A DNA stretch of 64,000 nucleotides, from assembly GCA_963804955.1 (NCBI GenBank), contig CAWDSQ010000030.1:64001-128000 (forward strand). Direction: 5' to 3'. How positions within the stretch are numbered: position 1 is the first letter of the stretch; every line of letters begins with the position of its first letter. The stretch is from an uncultured delta proteobacterium. GTDB lineage: Bacteria > Desulfobacterota > WTBG01 > CAIYCZ01 > CAIRTM01. This document shows positions 41,413-51,300 of this stretch, piece after piece. The position numbers and the translations under genes are program-made. The notes below the pieces were generated by a model that made no database searches, was not told the DNA's origin, and saw nothing but the letters and a program-made list of their open reading frames with translations.

Positions 41413-42087
41413 ATGAAAAAGTTTGCCTTCACAGTCATGTTTTTGTTCACGACAATACTTTTAGCCGGGGCGCAGAAGGGTTTTGCGTATCAGGATTTTA
41501 CATCAACACCAAACGGCGGCTGCCTGCAGTGTCATGCATTTGGGGGAGGGGGGCCTGCTCATAATACGCATTGGACAGCCTTAAATTTTGATTGCGCCCC
41601 ATGTCATCTCAACGGCGTACATGCTAAAAACGTAACGTCATCTACATGTGCAGCATGTCATCCTGCTGCTAATCCTGGAAACTGTCAGATAATTAATAGC
41701 GTTCAGGCAAATCATCCCAAAACCGGTGCTAACTCCTGTTATTCGTGCCACACGGCCTGCGTTGATGCAGATCGAGACAGCATTGCGGATGCCGCTGATA
41801 ACTGCCCGAACGTTTACAATCTCCAGCAGCTTGATGCCGACAGTGACGGATCAGGGGATGTGTGCGACACAACACCCGGTTGTGGTGGCTGCGGGCAGGG
41901 TGCCTGTGAGCCGCTGCAAACCGATTCAGACAATGACGGGATTGCTGATGTAGTAGATACCTGTCAGAACCTTTGCAATTCTCAGCAGCTTGATGCTGAC
42001 AATGACGGGGTAGGGGATGTATGCGATACCACGCCCGGTTGCGGCGGCTGCGGGCAGGTTGCCTGTGAAACGGTTTGTGCGCCGTAA
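41413..42087 (+). CDS. Secreted tetraheme cytochrome c with C-terminal thrombospondin-type-3-like/CGGC repeats
   Basis: Signal peptide; CLQCH, CAPCH, CAACH, CYSCH; DADSDGSGDVCDTTPGCGGCGQ-type unit twice. Confidence 0.85.
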   Translation: MKKFAFTVMFLFTTILLAGAQKGFAYQDFTSTPNGGCLQCHAFGGGGPAHNTHWTALNFDCAPCHLNGVHAKNVTSSTCAACHPAANPGNCQIINSVQANHPKTGANSCYSCHTACVDADRDSIADAADNCPNVYNLQQLDADSDGSGDVCDTTPGCGGCGQGACEPLQTDSDNDGIADVVDTCQNLCNSQQLDADNDGVGDVCDTTPGCGGCGQVACETVCAP

Positions 42088-42120
42088 TAGAGGTTAGCCG
42101 GTTACATTTTGTGAAATACC

Positions 42121-42160
42121 AAAAGGCCTCACCGCAACATATAGTGGTGAGGCCTTTTTT
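42121..42160 (+). terminator. Intrinsic terminator
   Basis: AAAAGGCCTCACC...GGTGAGGCCTTTTTT. Confidence 0.8.
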
Positions 42161-42328
42161 CTTAAAACTCCACATTGCGTCATACTATAATGCACTTTTT
42201 AATTAATTCCAATTGTTTGTTAAACTTCACACCCAAGTCTCGTATCTCAAGTTTTTTTGATTATGTCCTTCTCAGGGCGAGAAATCAAGCCTTCGTATGC
42301 GGTTTTCTGAGCTTCCCGTGCCCTGTCG

Positions 42329-44035
42329 TTACATAACTGGCTGCATGCCGTTGAGCTCGCGCATTTTATTGACCGCTGCCTTTACCTCACCGGGGAACTG
42401 CTGCCATTCATCTTCGGTGAACACCTGACGCCCCGGAGAGGCCACGTTGTTGGGATCAAACACCTTTCTGATTTTTCGCATGAAAAGATGGGCGTTCGGG
42501 CCTGCTTCGGGGAACATGGTCGTGAAGGGCTCCACATTCACGAAGGCCATCAGCTGGGGCCCCAGATTGTTTTTCGCGACCACGGCAGCGCCGTAGATGC
42601 CGAATCCCATGGCCTTGCGGATTTCATCGGGCAGGACCGGGTCGGGATAATTGTCGGTCTCAAACAGGCAGAAGTGCCCGCGCTGCAGCGCATAAACAAA
42701 AGGAGTGTCATCAGCGCCGCCCCGGTCGGTAATGTCGAGCTCGCCGAACATATCAAGTGCCTTTTTCCACTCCCGCGAAACCGTAAGCGCGCTGTCCAGA
42801 GGCCCCACGGGCAGCCACGCGTTTGCGTAAAATTTGCGGTTCATGCGGTAGCCGTGGCAGTGCCGGATACAGTCATAATTCCATGGCTGCAGGGCCTCAA
42901 GAACCTCGGGCTTATGCTCGGGTGACAGCAGGGTCCCGCCCGCCTCTTCAATAATCTGCCGCACGACCTGCTCCTCATAGGCAATCTGTTTGTCCGAGGT
43001 CGTGTTGACAAGAATCACATAGCAGTTCCAGTCGGGGAAAAAGTGCTCTTTGCAGCGCTTGATCGTTACGTCCTGCGTGGGTGAGCAGTAAAAGGCCGAA
43101 TAGACGCCGGTGGCGTTCAGGCCGATGGCAACGCCCGAGTGGCAAATCTCGCGCATGGCCCGGAGCTGGCTTTCAAAATCCCGGAACTCCGCCCAGAGGA
43201 GCTTGTGGTTTTTCAGGGGCTCGGGGGGGTTGTCGTATTTTTCATCATGCACGTCGATAAGGCTCGGCCTGCCTGCGGGAAGCTCGGGAAATGATTCTCC
43301 GCCCGTCCAGGCATGGAGCTTTACCGTTATCTCAACGACAATGCCGTTCGTGCCGATCCCGGAGCGCTGCAGCCCCATTAGGTCCGGGCCGGGACCGTAT
43401 TCCCAGAAGTCCCCTGCCCGGGGCATGCAGCGCGACCCTGTCTCGAGGATATCGCCATCGGGGAGCACCATCTTGACGCTCACGATGTTGCGGTTGAACA
43501 GCCCGTACTTCAGGTCCGTCTGCCACAGCCCTGCAAACGCGAACTGCGAGGAGAGCTTGCACAGCGTTGTGGCAAGGGGCGTGCCGCCGTTCCACAGGCC
43601 CCGCTTCATGGCCTCGGCCTGCAGCTGGGCATAATCCACATACGGCTCAAGGGTGGCGCTCATGTTCTGCGTGTCGATGCTCACGACCCGGTTCATGCGC
43701 GACAGGTGGATAATGAGGGTCGGCTCCTGGTTGGTGGGGTTGCAGAAGACCTGGCCATTGGTGAAGGGAATAAAAGGGACAGCGTAGCGGTTGCAGATTT
43801 TCACAATTGCCTGAACCTCATCGATCGTGCCCGGCAGCACGGCGCAGGCGGGCAGCACATGGGGGTCTTTTTCATGCTTTTTCAGAAAGCTTGCGCCCTC
43901 GATGGACATTTTGCTGTAGGTCTCGACAACGGAGCGCTGCTCATATATCCACTGTTCGCCGACCACATTTTTCAGCGCCGCATAGACGGGCCGGGCCAGC
44001 TTTTTCTGAAGAACCTTCTTTTTCGTGTCACTCAT
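42329..44035 (-). CDS. FAD-binding oxidoreductase (VAO/GlcD-like family)
   Basis: VLPGTIDEVQAIVKICN, LSRMNR, KMVLPDG, GTNGIV, FDPNNV. Confidence 0.85.
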   Translation of the reverse strand: MSDTKKKVLQKKLARPVYAALKNVVGEQWIYEQRSVVETYSKMSIEGASFLKKHEKDPHVLPACAVLPGTIDEVQAIVKICNRYAVPFIPFTNGQVFCNPTNQEPTLIIHLSRMNRVVSIDTQNMSATLEPYVDYAQLQAEAMKRGLWNGGTPLATTLCKLSSQFAFAGLWQTDLKYGLFNRNIVSVKMVLPDGDILETGSRCMPRAGDFWEYGPGPDLMGLQRSGIGTNGIVVEITVKLHAWTGGESFPELPAGRPSLIDVHDEKYDNPPEPLKNHKLLWAEFRDFESQLRAMREICHSGVAIGLNATGVYSAFYCSPTQDVTIKRCKEHFFPDWNCYVILVNTTSDKQIAYEEQVVRQIIEEAGGTLLSPEHKPEVLEALQPWNYDCIRHCHGYRMNRKFYANAWLPVGPLDSALTVSREWKKALDMFGELDITDRGGADDTPFVYALQRGHFCLFETDNYPDPVLPDEIRKAMGFGIYGAAVVAKNNLGPQLMAFVNVEPFTTMFPEAGPNAHLFMRKIRKVFDPNNVASPGRQVFTEDEWQQFPGEVKAAVNKMRELNGMQPVM

Positions 44036-44071
44036 TATCTGTCGCCTCCTTGCACTGTGCGGAAAAATTAC

Positions 44072-45319
44072 TCACCCGATGCCCAGCGACCGGACCATAA
44101 GCTGCGTCAGGTCATAGAGCTTCATGCCGTCGCTCATTTTGTCGATAGCCTCGCCAAGGTTCTGCTCGCAGAAGGGGCAGGCTGTCACAATGGCGCTTGC
44201 GCCGGTTTTTTTAGCTTCGCCGATGCGCTTGACCGCTGTCTTAAGGGCAAAGTCGCGGAATGCCGTGCGCGCGCCGCCGCCCCCGCCGCAGCACCATGAC
44301 TGGTCCTTGATGCGCTCCATTTCCACAAGCTCCATGCCCGGCATGGCCCGCAGCAGCCTGCGCGGCTCTTCATAAATGCCGCAGTGGCGCCCGAGATGGC
44401 AGGGGTCATGCCAGGTGGCGCGCAGGGGCTCGCTGTTGGTGAACACCAGCCTTTTTTCTTCTACCAGCCGGTCGAAATACTGCGAAGAGTGATACACCTT
44501 TGCCTGCAGCGCAGGAGCATTCGGGATCTGGGGATAGTCATGCGTCAGAGCCCGGTAGCAGCCGGGGCAAAAGGTGACGATCTCACGCGCGCCGGCATCG
44601 TTCAGACGCTCGATGTTGCGCTTTGCAAGGCTCATGAACGTGTCGCGGTCGCCGATGCGGGCCACGGGGCTGCCGCAGCAGAGCTCCTCCTTGCCGAGTA
44701 TCCCGATGTCGACATTCGCGTGCAGCAGAATACGGGCCGTACTCTGCGCAACATGCCACAGCGTATTGTCGAAGGCCGAGGTGCAGCCCACGAAAAAGAG
44801 GACCTCTGCCCGGTCTTTGCCCGCATCTTTTATGGGGAGCTTCCTGGCCCACCGGTCGCGCTGCGTGCGGGGCTGCATCCACGGGTTGTCATAGTTCTTG
44901 ACGCTTTTTATGAGGGCCTTGTGCTCGGGCATGGGGCCCACGCCGTCGCGCACAAACTGGGCCCGCAGGGTTTCATTGACCTGCAGGGGCTCCTTGTCCT
45001 GCAGCCGCTGGCAGTTCATTTCGCAGGCCCCGCAGGTCGTGCAGGTGTAGAGGAACTTGACCACCTCCGGGGCGTCCTCATAGTCGAAATCCCCTTCAAG
45101 CAGCGCCCGGGCAATGTGCATCTTGCCCATGCCCGAATAGGGGAAAATGCGGTATTCGTGAAAAGCGGGGCACACCTCGGAATACTCAGCGCTCTTGACA
45201 TTCCAGCCCCAGTGGTTCTGGCACCAGTTGCACCGGGCGCAGCCCCAGATGGAGTCGCGGTAGTCGGCAAGCTCTTTTTCAAAAAACTTCTTCTCCGGCT
45301 TTATGTCGTAATATGGCAT
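44072..45319 (-). CDS. Fe-S oxidoreductase with two CCG domains (GlpC/HdrD-like)
   Basis: CARCNWC, CTTCGACEMNC, ELCCG, HDPCHLGR, WCCGGGGG, TACPFC. Confidence 0.9.
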   Translation of the reverse strand: MPYYDIKPEKKFFEKELADYRDSIWGCARCNWCQNHWGWNVKSAEYSEVCPAFHEYRIFPYSGMGKMHIARALLEGDFDYEDAPEVVKFLYTCTTCGACEMNCQRLQDKEPLQVNETLRAQFVRDGVGPMPEHKALIKSVKNYDNPWMQPRTQRDRWARKLPIKDAGKDRAEVLFFVGCTSAFDNTLWHVAQSTARILLHANVDIGILGKEELCCGSPVARIGDRDTFMSLAKRNIERLNDAGAREIVTFCPGCYRALTHDYPQIPNAPALQAKVYHSSQYFDRLVEEKRLVFTNSEPLRATWHDPCHLGRHCGIYEEPRRLLRAMPGMELVEMERIKDQSWCCGGGGGARTAFRDFALKTAVKRIGEAKKTGASAIVTACPFCEQNLGEAIDKMSDGMKLYDLTQLMVRSLGIG

Positions 45320-45356
45320 TGATACAGCCTCCTTTGCCCGTTATGGGCGCCTCGAG

Positions 45357-46814
45357 TTAAAAACAGAGCTGGCCCGGGTTCATGATATTGCACGGATCAA
45401 TTTCGCGCTTAATCTCCTGAAGCTTCTTGGTGTAGGAGCCCGCCCTGCGGTACACCATGTCTGCCCATGCGCCATAGGGCCTGTCGAAAAAGGCGCCTTC
45501 GTCGATCAAGCGCTCGCTCACGTCGCGCCACAGCGCTTTCACCCGCTCGGTTTCACGGCCGTCCCGGGGATTGCAGTGAAAATCAGCCTCGCAATGATAG
45601 GCCCGGCCCCGCTCAAGGGGCAGTACATAGACGCCCACATCCTGAAGCGGATAATTATAGGTGTTGATAAATTCCATGACCGTTTTCTGAAAATCCGGGA
45701 AGCGGCGCAGGGTTGTTTTAAATGAAAGATTGTGAACAGAGCCGCGGTAGCAGAATTTTTTAAGGATGCCCCAGGGCCGGAGAAGCTCGGCAAGCAAACA
45801 GTCGCGCAGGCGGCCGTCTTCATAGAAGGGAAGATGTGCCGCGGCGCAGACGGACTCAAGCGCCTCTGCCTCATAGGCTGTTTTCCCCTCTGGCATGCGC
45901 GGACCGCCGCTGATGCACACGGCAAGCAGCCACGGCGGCAGGCTTGCCCTTAAAGACTCAAACTCCTGCGACGGCTTCATGGGGGCGGGAAAATCCTGCG
46001 GCACCGCCCAGTCGGAACACAGCAGCGCTGCGGCATTGAAGGCATTCAGCATGAAGCACTCAAGCCCGATTTCCTTTCTCTGCAGCATGCGCAGGGGCTC
46101 CATGGCTTCGGGGAATGAATCAAAAGGAACCATAAAAAGATTTCGCGACCGTGGCAGATATTCAACCTTGATGTTCATTTTCGTCATAATGCCAAGGGTG
46201 CCCTGAGCGCCTGTCCAGAGTCTGTTCAGCATGGCCCGCACGGGCCCCATGGGCGAGCCTGGCTTGACGCCGGATGCCCACAGCCCCGTGCGAAAGAGGT
46301 CGCCCGAGGGCAGCACTATTTCGGTGTCCATGATCAGCTCATTGCCGTATTCAAAGCTTGCGGCGGCAAGGGCGGGGTCGCGCTCAAGAAAGCTCGTCAG
46401 GGCGGAGCGGTTCGGGTGGATGCCAAGAGGGAGCATCGCCCTGAGCCCGTGGCGCTCAAGCTCGTCCTGCAGGGCGCTTGCGGTAACTCCCGGCTCAATC
46501 ACGCAGGACCAGTTGTCAACGTCCACGGCAAGTATTTTATTCATCCGCGACAGGTTGAGAACTATGCCGCCCTCGCGGGGGACTGTCCCGCCCTGGAGAT
46601 TGAGGCCCGAGCTGAACGGCACCAGGGGCACTCTGGTTTTATTGGCGTATTTGACAATCGACTGAACCTGCTCGACTGAATGGGCAAAAGCCACAAGATC
46701 AGGCATGCGGGGCGAGACAAAGCTCTGGTCTGAGGCATAGCGGCTGAGGCTCTGCTCGTCATCCAGCACGCTGTCGGGGCCGACAATGGCCGTGAGGTCG
46801 TTTTTAATGGACAT
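45357..46814 (-). CDS. FAD-binding oxidoreductase (VAO/GlcD-like family)
   Basis: LSRMNKI, IEPGVT, GAQGTLGI, IDPCNIMNPG. Confidence 0.88.
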   Translation of the reverse strand: MSIKNDLTAIVGPDSVLDDEQSLSRYASDQSFVSPRMPDLVAFAHSVEQVQSIVKYANKTRVPLVPFSSGLNLQGGTVPREGGIVLNLSRMNKILAVDVDNWSCVIEPGVTASALQDELERHGLRAMLPLGIHPNRSALTSFLERDPALAAASFEYGNELIMDTEIVLPSGDLFRTGLWASGVKPGSPMGPVRAMLNRLWTGAQGTLGIMTKMNIKVEYLPRSRNLFMVPFDSFPEAMEPLRMLQRKEIGLECFMLNAFNAAALLCSDWAVPQDFPAPMKPSQEFESLRASLPPWLLAVCISGGPRMPEGKTAYEAEALESVCAAAHLPFYEDGRLRDCLLAELLRPWGILKKFCYRGSVHNLSFKTTLRRFPDFQKTVMEFINTYNYPLQDVGVYVLPLERGRAYHCEADFHCNPRDGRETERVKALWRDVSERLIDEGAFFDRPYGAWADMVYRRAGSYTKKLQEIKREIDPCNIMNPGQLCF

Positions 46815-46897
46815 GCTTGCCTCCTCTAGATGGTGTCTGTAGCGCGTAGTTTGCCTGTGGCGGAGGGCCCGCTCTATGTGTATGGTGACATACTAAA

Positions 46898-46930
46898 TGA
46901 CCGTGGTCAACATTTTTATGACCACAGTCA
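46898..46930. promoter_or_regulatory. Two palindromic operators (likely TetR sites) overlapping the operon promoter
   Basis: TGACCGTGGTCA (46898-46909) and TGACCACAGTCA (46919-46930). Confidence 0.6.
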
Positions 46931-47024
46931 TATTTTTTTATAAAAATGTGCGTGCTGCCGGTCCGGCGCATGGCGGGAGCTATGCATGGGGAATCAAGAA
47001 GAAGGCGGGGGGGGGGCGGCCGGC

Positions 47025-47627
47025 TTAGCGGTGGTCCCGGGCAACGCCCTGGAGCATAAGCAGGCTGACCTCGCGAATGCGCTCAACGCACTGCTTTTTC
47101 GTTTTTATGAAGCCGTTGGTCCAGTAGATGACATACATGGTGTAGATCGCAAAAACCATTTCCGCCAGATGGCCCGAATCGATATCGTCGCGGATTTCGC
47201 CCCGCTGCTTGGCCTCGTCAAAAAGCCCGGCAAGCTGCCGCATCAGGTTCAGCTCATTTCTGTTGCTGCCCGTGCCGAGATTCATGACCCGCTCTTTGAT
47301 GAGCACCGATGAAAACTCTTTATTGGGGAATATATATTTAATATAGGTCGCGATCAGCAGCTCGATTTTTTCAGATATGGTTGACAGCAGGGGCATTTTC
47401 CGCTGAATTTCATCAATGCTTTTTGCAAATTCCGTATCGAGAAAATAGAGGAGCACATCCTCTTTTTTAGGAAAAAAGTTATAAAAAGTCCCCTTGGCAA
47501 CATGCGCCGCCCGGGTGATGTCTTCAACTGTGGTCAACTCGAATCCTTTTTTTGAAAAGAGATCCATGGCCGCGCGCAAAATTTCACCGCGCCGGTTTGC
47601 TTTCTGCGTTTCCCGTTTCCCCGGCAT
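47025..47627 (-). CDS. TetR/AcrR family regulator
   Basis: ILRAAMDLFSKKGF..TTVEDI...VAKGTFYNFFPKKE. Confidence 0.93.
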   Translation of the reverse strand: MPGKRETQKANRRGEILRAAMDLFSKKGFELTTVEDITRAAHVAKGTFYNFFPKKEDVLLYFLDTEFAKSIDEIQRKMPLLSTISEKIELLIATYIKYIFPNKEFSSVLIKERVMNLGTGSNRNELNLMRQLAGLFDEAKQRGEIRDDIDSGHLAEMVFAIYTMYVIYWTNGFIKTKKQCVERIREVSLLMLQGVARDHR

Positions 47628-47735
47628 GCCGGACTTCCTCCATGTTCTAATAGTAAGTCAAACAACTATAAGAAGCAGCGAAATGTCTGTCAATGGAATT
47701 TTGAGTTTTCATATCAAAACATGCAGTGTTTGAGT

Positions 47736-47784
47736 TGCATTCTTCAGGAAACACATCGCCATAGGAGATGGCTTTCTGAAGACA
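47736..47784 (-). repeat. ~47-bp imperfect hairpin motif, copy 3 of 3
   Basis: Reverse complement TGTCTTCAGAAAGCCATCTCCTATGGCGATGTGTTTCCTGAAGAATGCA. Confidence 0.6.
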
Positions 47785-48394
47785 ATGACAATACATATTT
47801 GAATTTTACAACCTGATTCAATTTCAGGGTTCCGGGGATTCTGGTTTTTTTATTTTTTCAATATCAGATATATCATCCATTCCGCCAAATCGCCTGCAGT
47901 TTACCCCGCTAGAGTATCACGGTTTTTTGCAGGCGAGTGTATTGGAGCACAAATGCATGCTCCAAAAGTGTATGACGGTACATGTCTTTAGGGTTTAAAG
48001 AGCGCAAAGATAAATTTTTATTAAAAAAGCAGTTGGTTTTTTATGAAAAACAGCCTGGATTTTGTTTGCAATAGTATTATAAAACAAATAAAAGTGATCA
48101 TAGTATAATTATTTTTATAATTTTTTTACCATAAATTTGATTCTGGTTGGAATTTGGCATGACCCGTGTATTGGATAGAATGCGAAAGATTTTTTTGTCG
48201 GAAAGGTGCATCCAATGTGTATGAACATGAAGGTATATATGCTGGTTGAACAAGTAATTAAAAACTTGTACGCAATGTTTACGGAAAGCTTTGTATTCTG
48301 GCCGCAGATTGCGGTGCCCATATATATCGAGAGCATTGACCGTACAGGCAGGTTGCCTGGTTTTGGAAATACGAATAGTACAGGGAGGTTTCCC

Positions 48395-51300
48395 ATGATG
48401 AAACGATATATCGCAACAGTGCTGTTTTTTTGCGCGCTCTGGCCGTTTGCGGCCGCAGCAGCCCCGAGCTTGCGCTACCAGGCCGACATTCATGGCGATT
48501 TCGTGATGATAGGCGGGCCAACTGCTCATGACTGCAGCGCCGTCGCTCCAGCCACTGGCACTGTTTCAGATTGCGGCGGAACTGATGCAGCGGCCGGTTC
48601 TGCCAATAACTTCTGGCGCTCGGATGTCACTCCTCCCAGAACGAGAAACTCCTATTCCATAGCCCAGGCGAATACCACTTTAAAACTTACCCTCCCTGCG
48701 GGAGCCGTCGTCAATAAAGCATATCTCTACTGGGGTGGAACCGCCCAAAACGACGGGTTCTACGACAATACAGCAACCATCTCCCGCACAGGCACGGGCG
48801 CGTTTACGGCAAATGTAACGGCCAGTCAGTATTGGAAATCGAATCTTTCCGGTGTCTATTTCTACCAGGCTGTGGCCGATGTGACTACTATACTCGCTAA
48901 CAATGTGCGGGATTATGGTGCCGGCGCATATCGTGCAGGCAATTTCGCTGTTTATAATTTCCCCGCTAATCAAAGCCAAAAAAACAACGTTTCCGGCTGG
49001 TGGCTGGTTGTTTTTTACGAGCTTGCCACCGAACCGCTACGTAATCTCGTTGTGTTTGACGGACTTGATATGGTTGATGTTGACAATACCCCGGCGACAG
49101 CGAATTTAGCCGGTTTTGAGGTCCCGAACGCCGGATTCGACGGCAAACTGGGAGTTGTGACGTATGAGGGTGACAACCACATCACCGGCGATAGTCTTTC
49201 ATTCGGAGGTCATACGCTGAGCAATAATTTAAATCCGTCTGACAATTTTTTTAATTCCACTCGCTCCTATTTCGGCTCTGCTGTGCAGGTGACAGGTGAC
49301 CTGCCACGGCTTACCGGAGCCATAAACAGCCAGTCCGGAATGGACTTCGACCTTGTTGATATTAAGCCGTATCTTACTGCAGGCCAGACTTCCGCCCAGA
49401 TTCAGGCCGCAAGCACCCAGGATCGTTTTTGGCTTGGATGTTTTGTTACATCCATAGCAACCTATAGGCCGAATTTTGCAAGTTCAGCATTAACCGCTGT
49501 TGACGTGAATGGCCCCCCTCTGCTGGCAGGCGATATACTCGAATACACCGGCACTATTGTCAATAACGGCAATGACGCCTCTCTCAGTACAGTGCTGCTC
49601 GTCCCCCTGCCTGCCATGGTCAACGATGTCCCGGACAGTCTTCAGATCGTGTCAGGCGCCAATGCCGGAGCAAAGACGGATGCAATCGACACTGATCAGG
49701 GCCAATACGACTCAGCAACGCGTACGATATACTTTAATCTTGGTACCGGCGCCACCGGCACGCAGGGCGGCCGCATGGCCATTGGCGATACCGCTGTCGT
49801 GCGTTTCCGCGTGCAGGTAATGCCCGGATTTTCCGGAATTTTGGATATCCAGGCTTCCATTGGAGCAAGCGGCGAGCTTGGTGCGCCGCAGGATCAGACC
49901 CCAACCGACGGCAATGGCGGCGGGGCCGGCGAGCCGCCGACGGAAGTCATTGTCGATGAATGCGTTACCAATGCCAATTGTTCCTCACCCGAGTCAATAT
50001 GCAATACAGGGGCATCTCCCAAGTCGTGCGTTCAGTGCCTGATGAATTCTGATTGCTCGGCTCCGACACCGTACTGCAGCCCAACCACCAATACCTGCCT
50101 GACCTGCAGTAATCCGTCGACTGAAATATGCGACGGCATTGATAATGACTGCGACGGCACGATTGATGAAGGGCTTACCCAAAACATATTTTACCATGAT
50201 GCCGATGGCGACACCTTCGGCGATCCTTCTGATGCAGTACAGGCATGTTCGGCGCCCGCTGGATATGTCGCAAATAATCTTGACTGTAATGATGCCAGTG
50301 CAGCTATCAAGCCGGGCGTAACTGAAATATGCGACGGCATCGATAATAACTGCGACGGACAGACAGATGAGTATCTGCCGCTCAATTCGTATTACCGTGA
50401 TGCCGATGGCGATAACTACGGCAATGCGGCGCAATTTACGCAGACCTGCTCGGGTACACCTCCTGCCGGGTATGTTAGCAACAGCGCGGACTGCAATGAC
50501 AGTAATGCAGCGATCTATCCCGGTGCCACGGATGCCAATTGTAATGGCATAGACGACAACTGCAATGGTCAGACGGACGAAGGCTATGTGGCAGTAAGCA
50601 GTTGCTTTCTGCCGGGTGCCTGCGCGGCAGGCAACCAGGCATCAACCTGCGTGGCGGGAGTTGAGACGGGTTGCCAGACAGGCACTCCTGCGGCAAGTGA
50701 CGATACCTGCGACGGGATAGACAATAACTGCAATGGCGCAGTTGATGAAGGATATGTGAACTGCTTCCTGCCGGGCGCCTGCGCGGCAGGTAATGTGGCA
50801 TCAAGCTGTACAGCAGGAATTGAGACCGCGTGCCAGACGGGCACTCCAGCGGCATGCTGATGATACCTGCGACGGGATAGACAATAACTGCAATGGCGCA
50901 GCTGACGAAGGCTATGTGGCAGTAACGAACTGCTTTCTGCCGGGCGCCTGCGCAGCGGGTAATGTAGGCATCGACCTGCGAGGCAGGAATTGAGACCGCA
51001 TGCCAGACAGGCACTCCTGCGGCTGCTGACGACAGCTGCGACGGGATAGACAATAACTGCAATGGCGCGACCGACGAAGGCTATGTGGCAGTAACGAGCT
51101 GCTTCCTGCCGGGCGCCTGCGCAGCGGGTAATGTAGGCGTCAAGCTGTACAGCAGGAATTGAGACGGCGTTGCCAGACAGGAACGCCAGCGGCAAGCTGA
51201 CGATACCTGCGACGGGATAGACAATAACTGCAATGGCGCGAGCCGATGAAGGCTATGTGGCAGTAACGAGCTGCTTCCTGCCGGGCGCCTGCGCGGCGGG

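Noticed and set aside
50855..50862. Selenocysteine read-through at the TGA ending ORF 48206-50860
   Set aside because: The TGA arises from a 1-nt insertion relative to neighbouring repeat units; read-through would not restore the frame.
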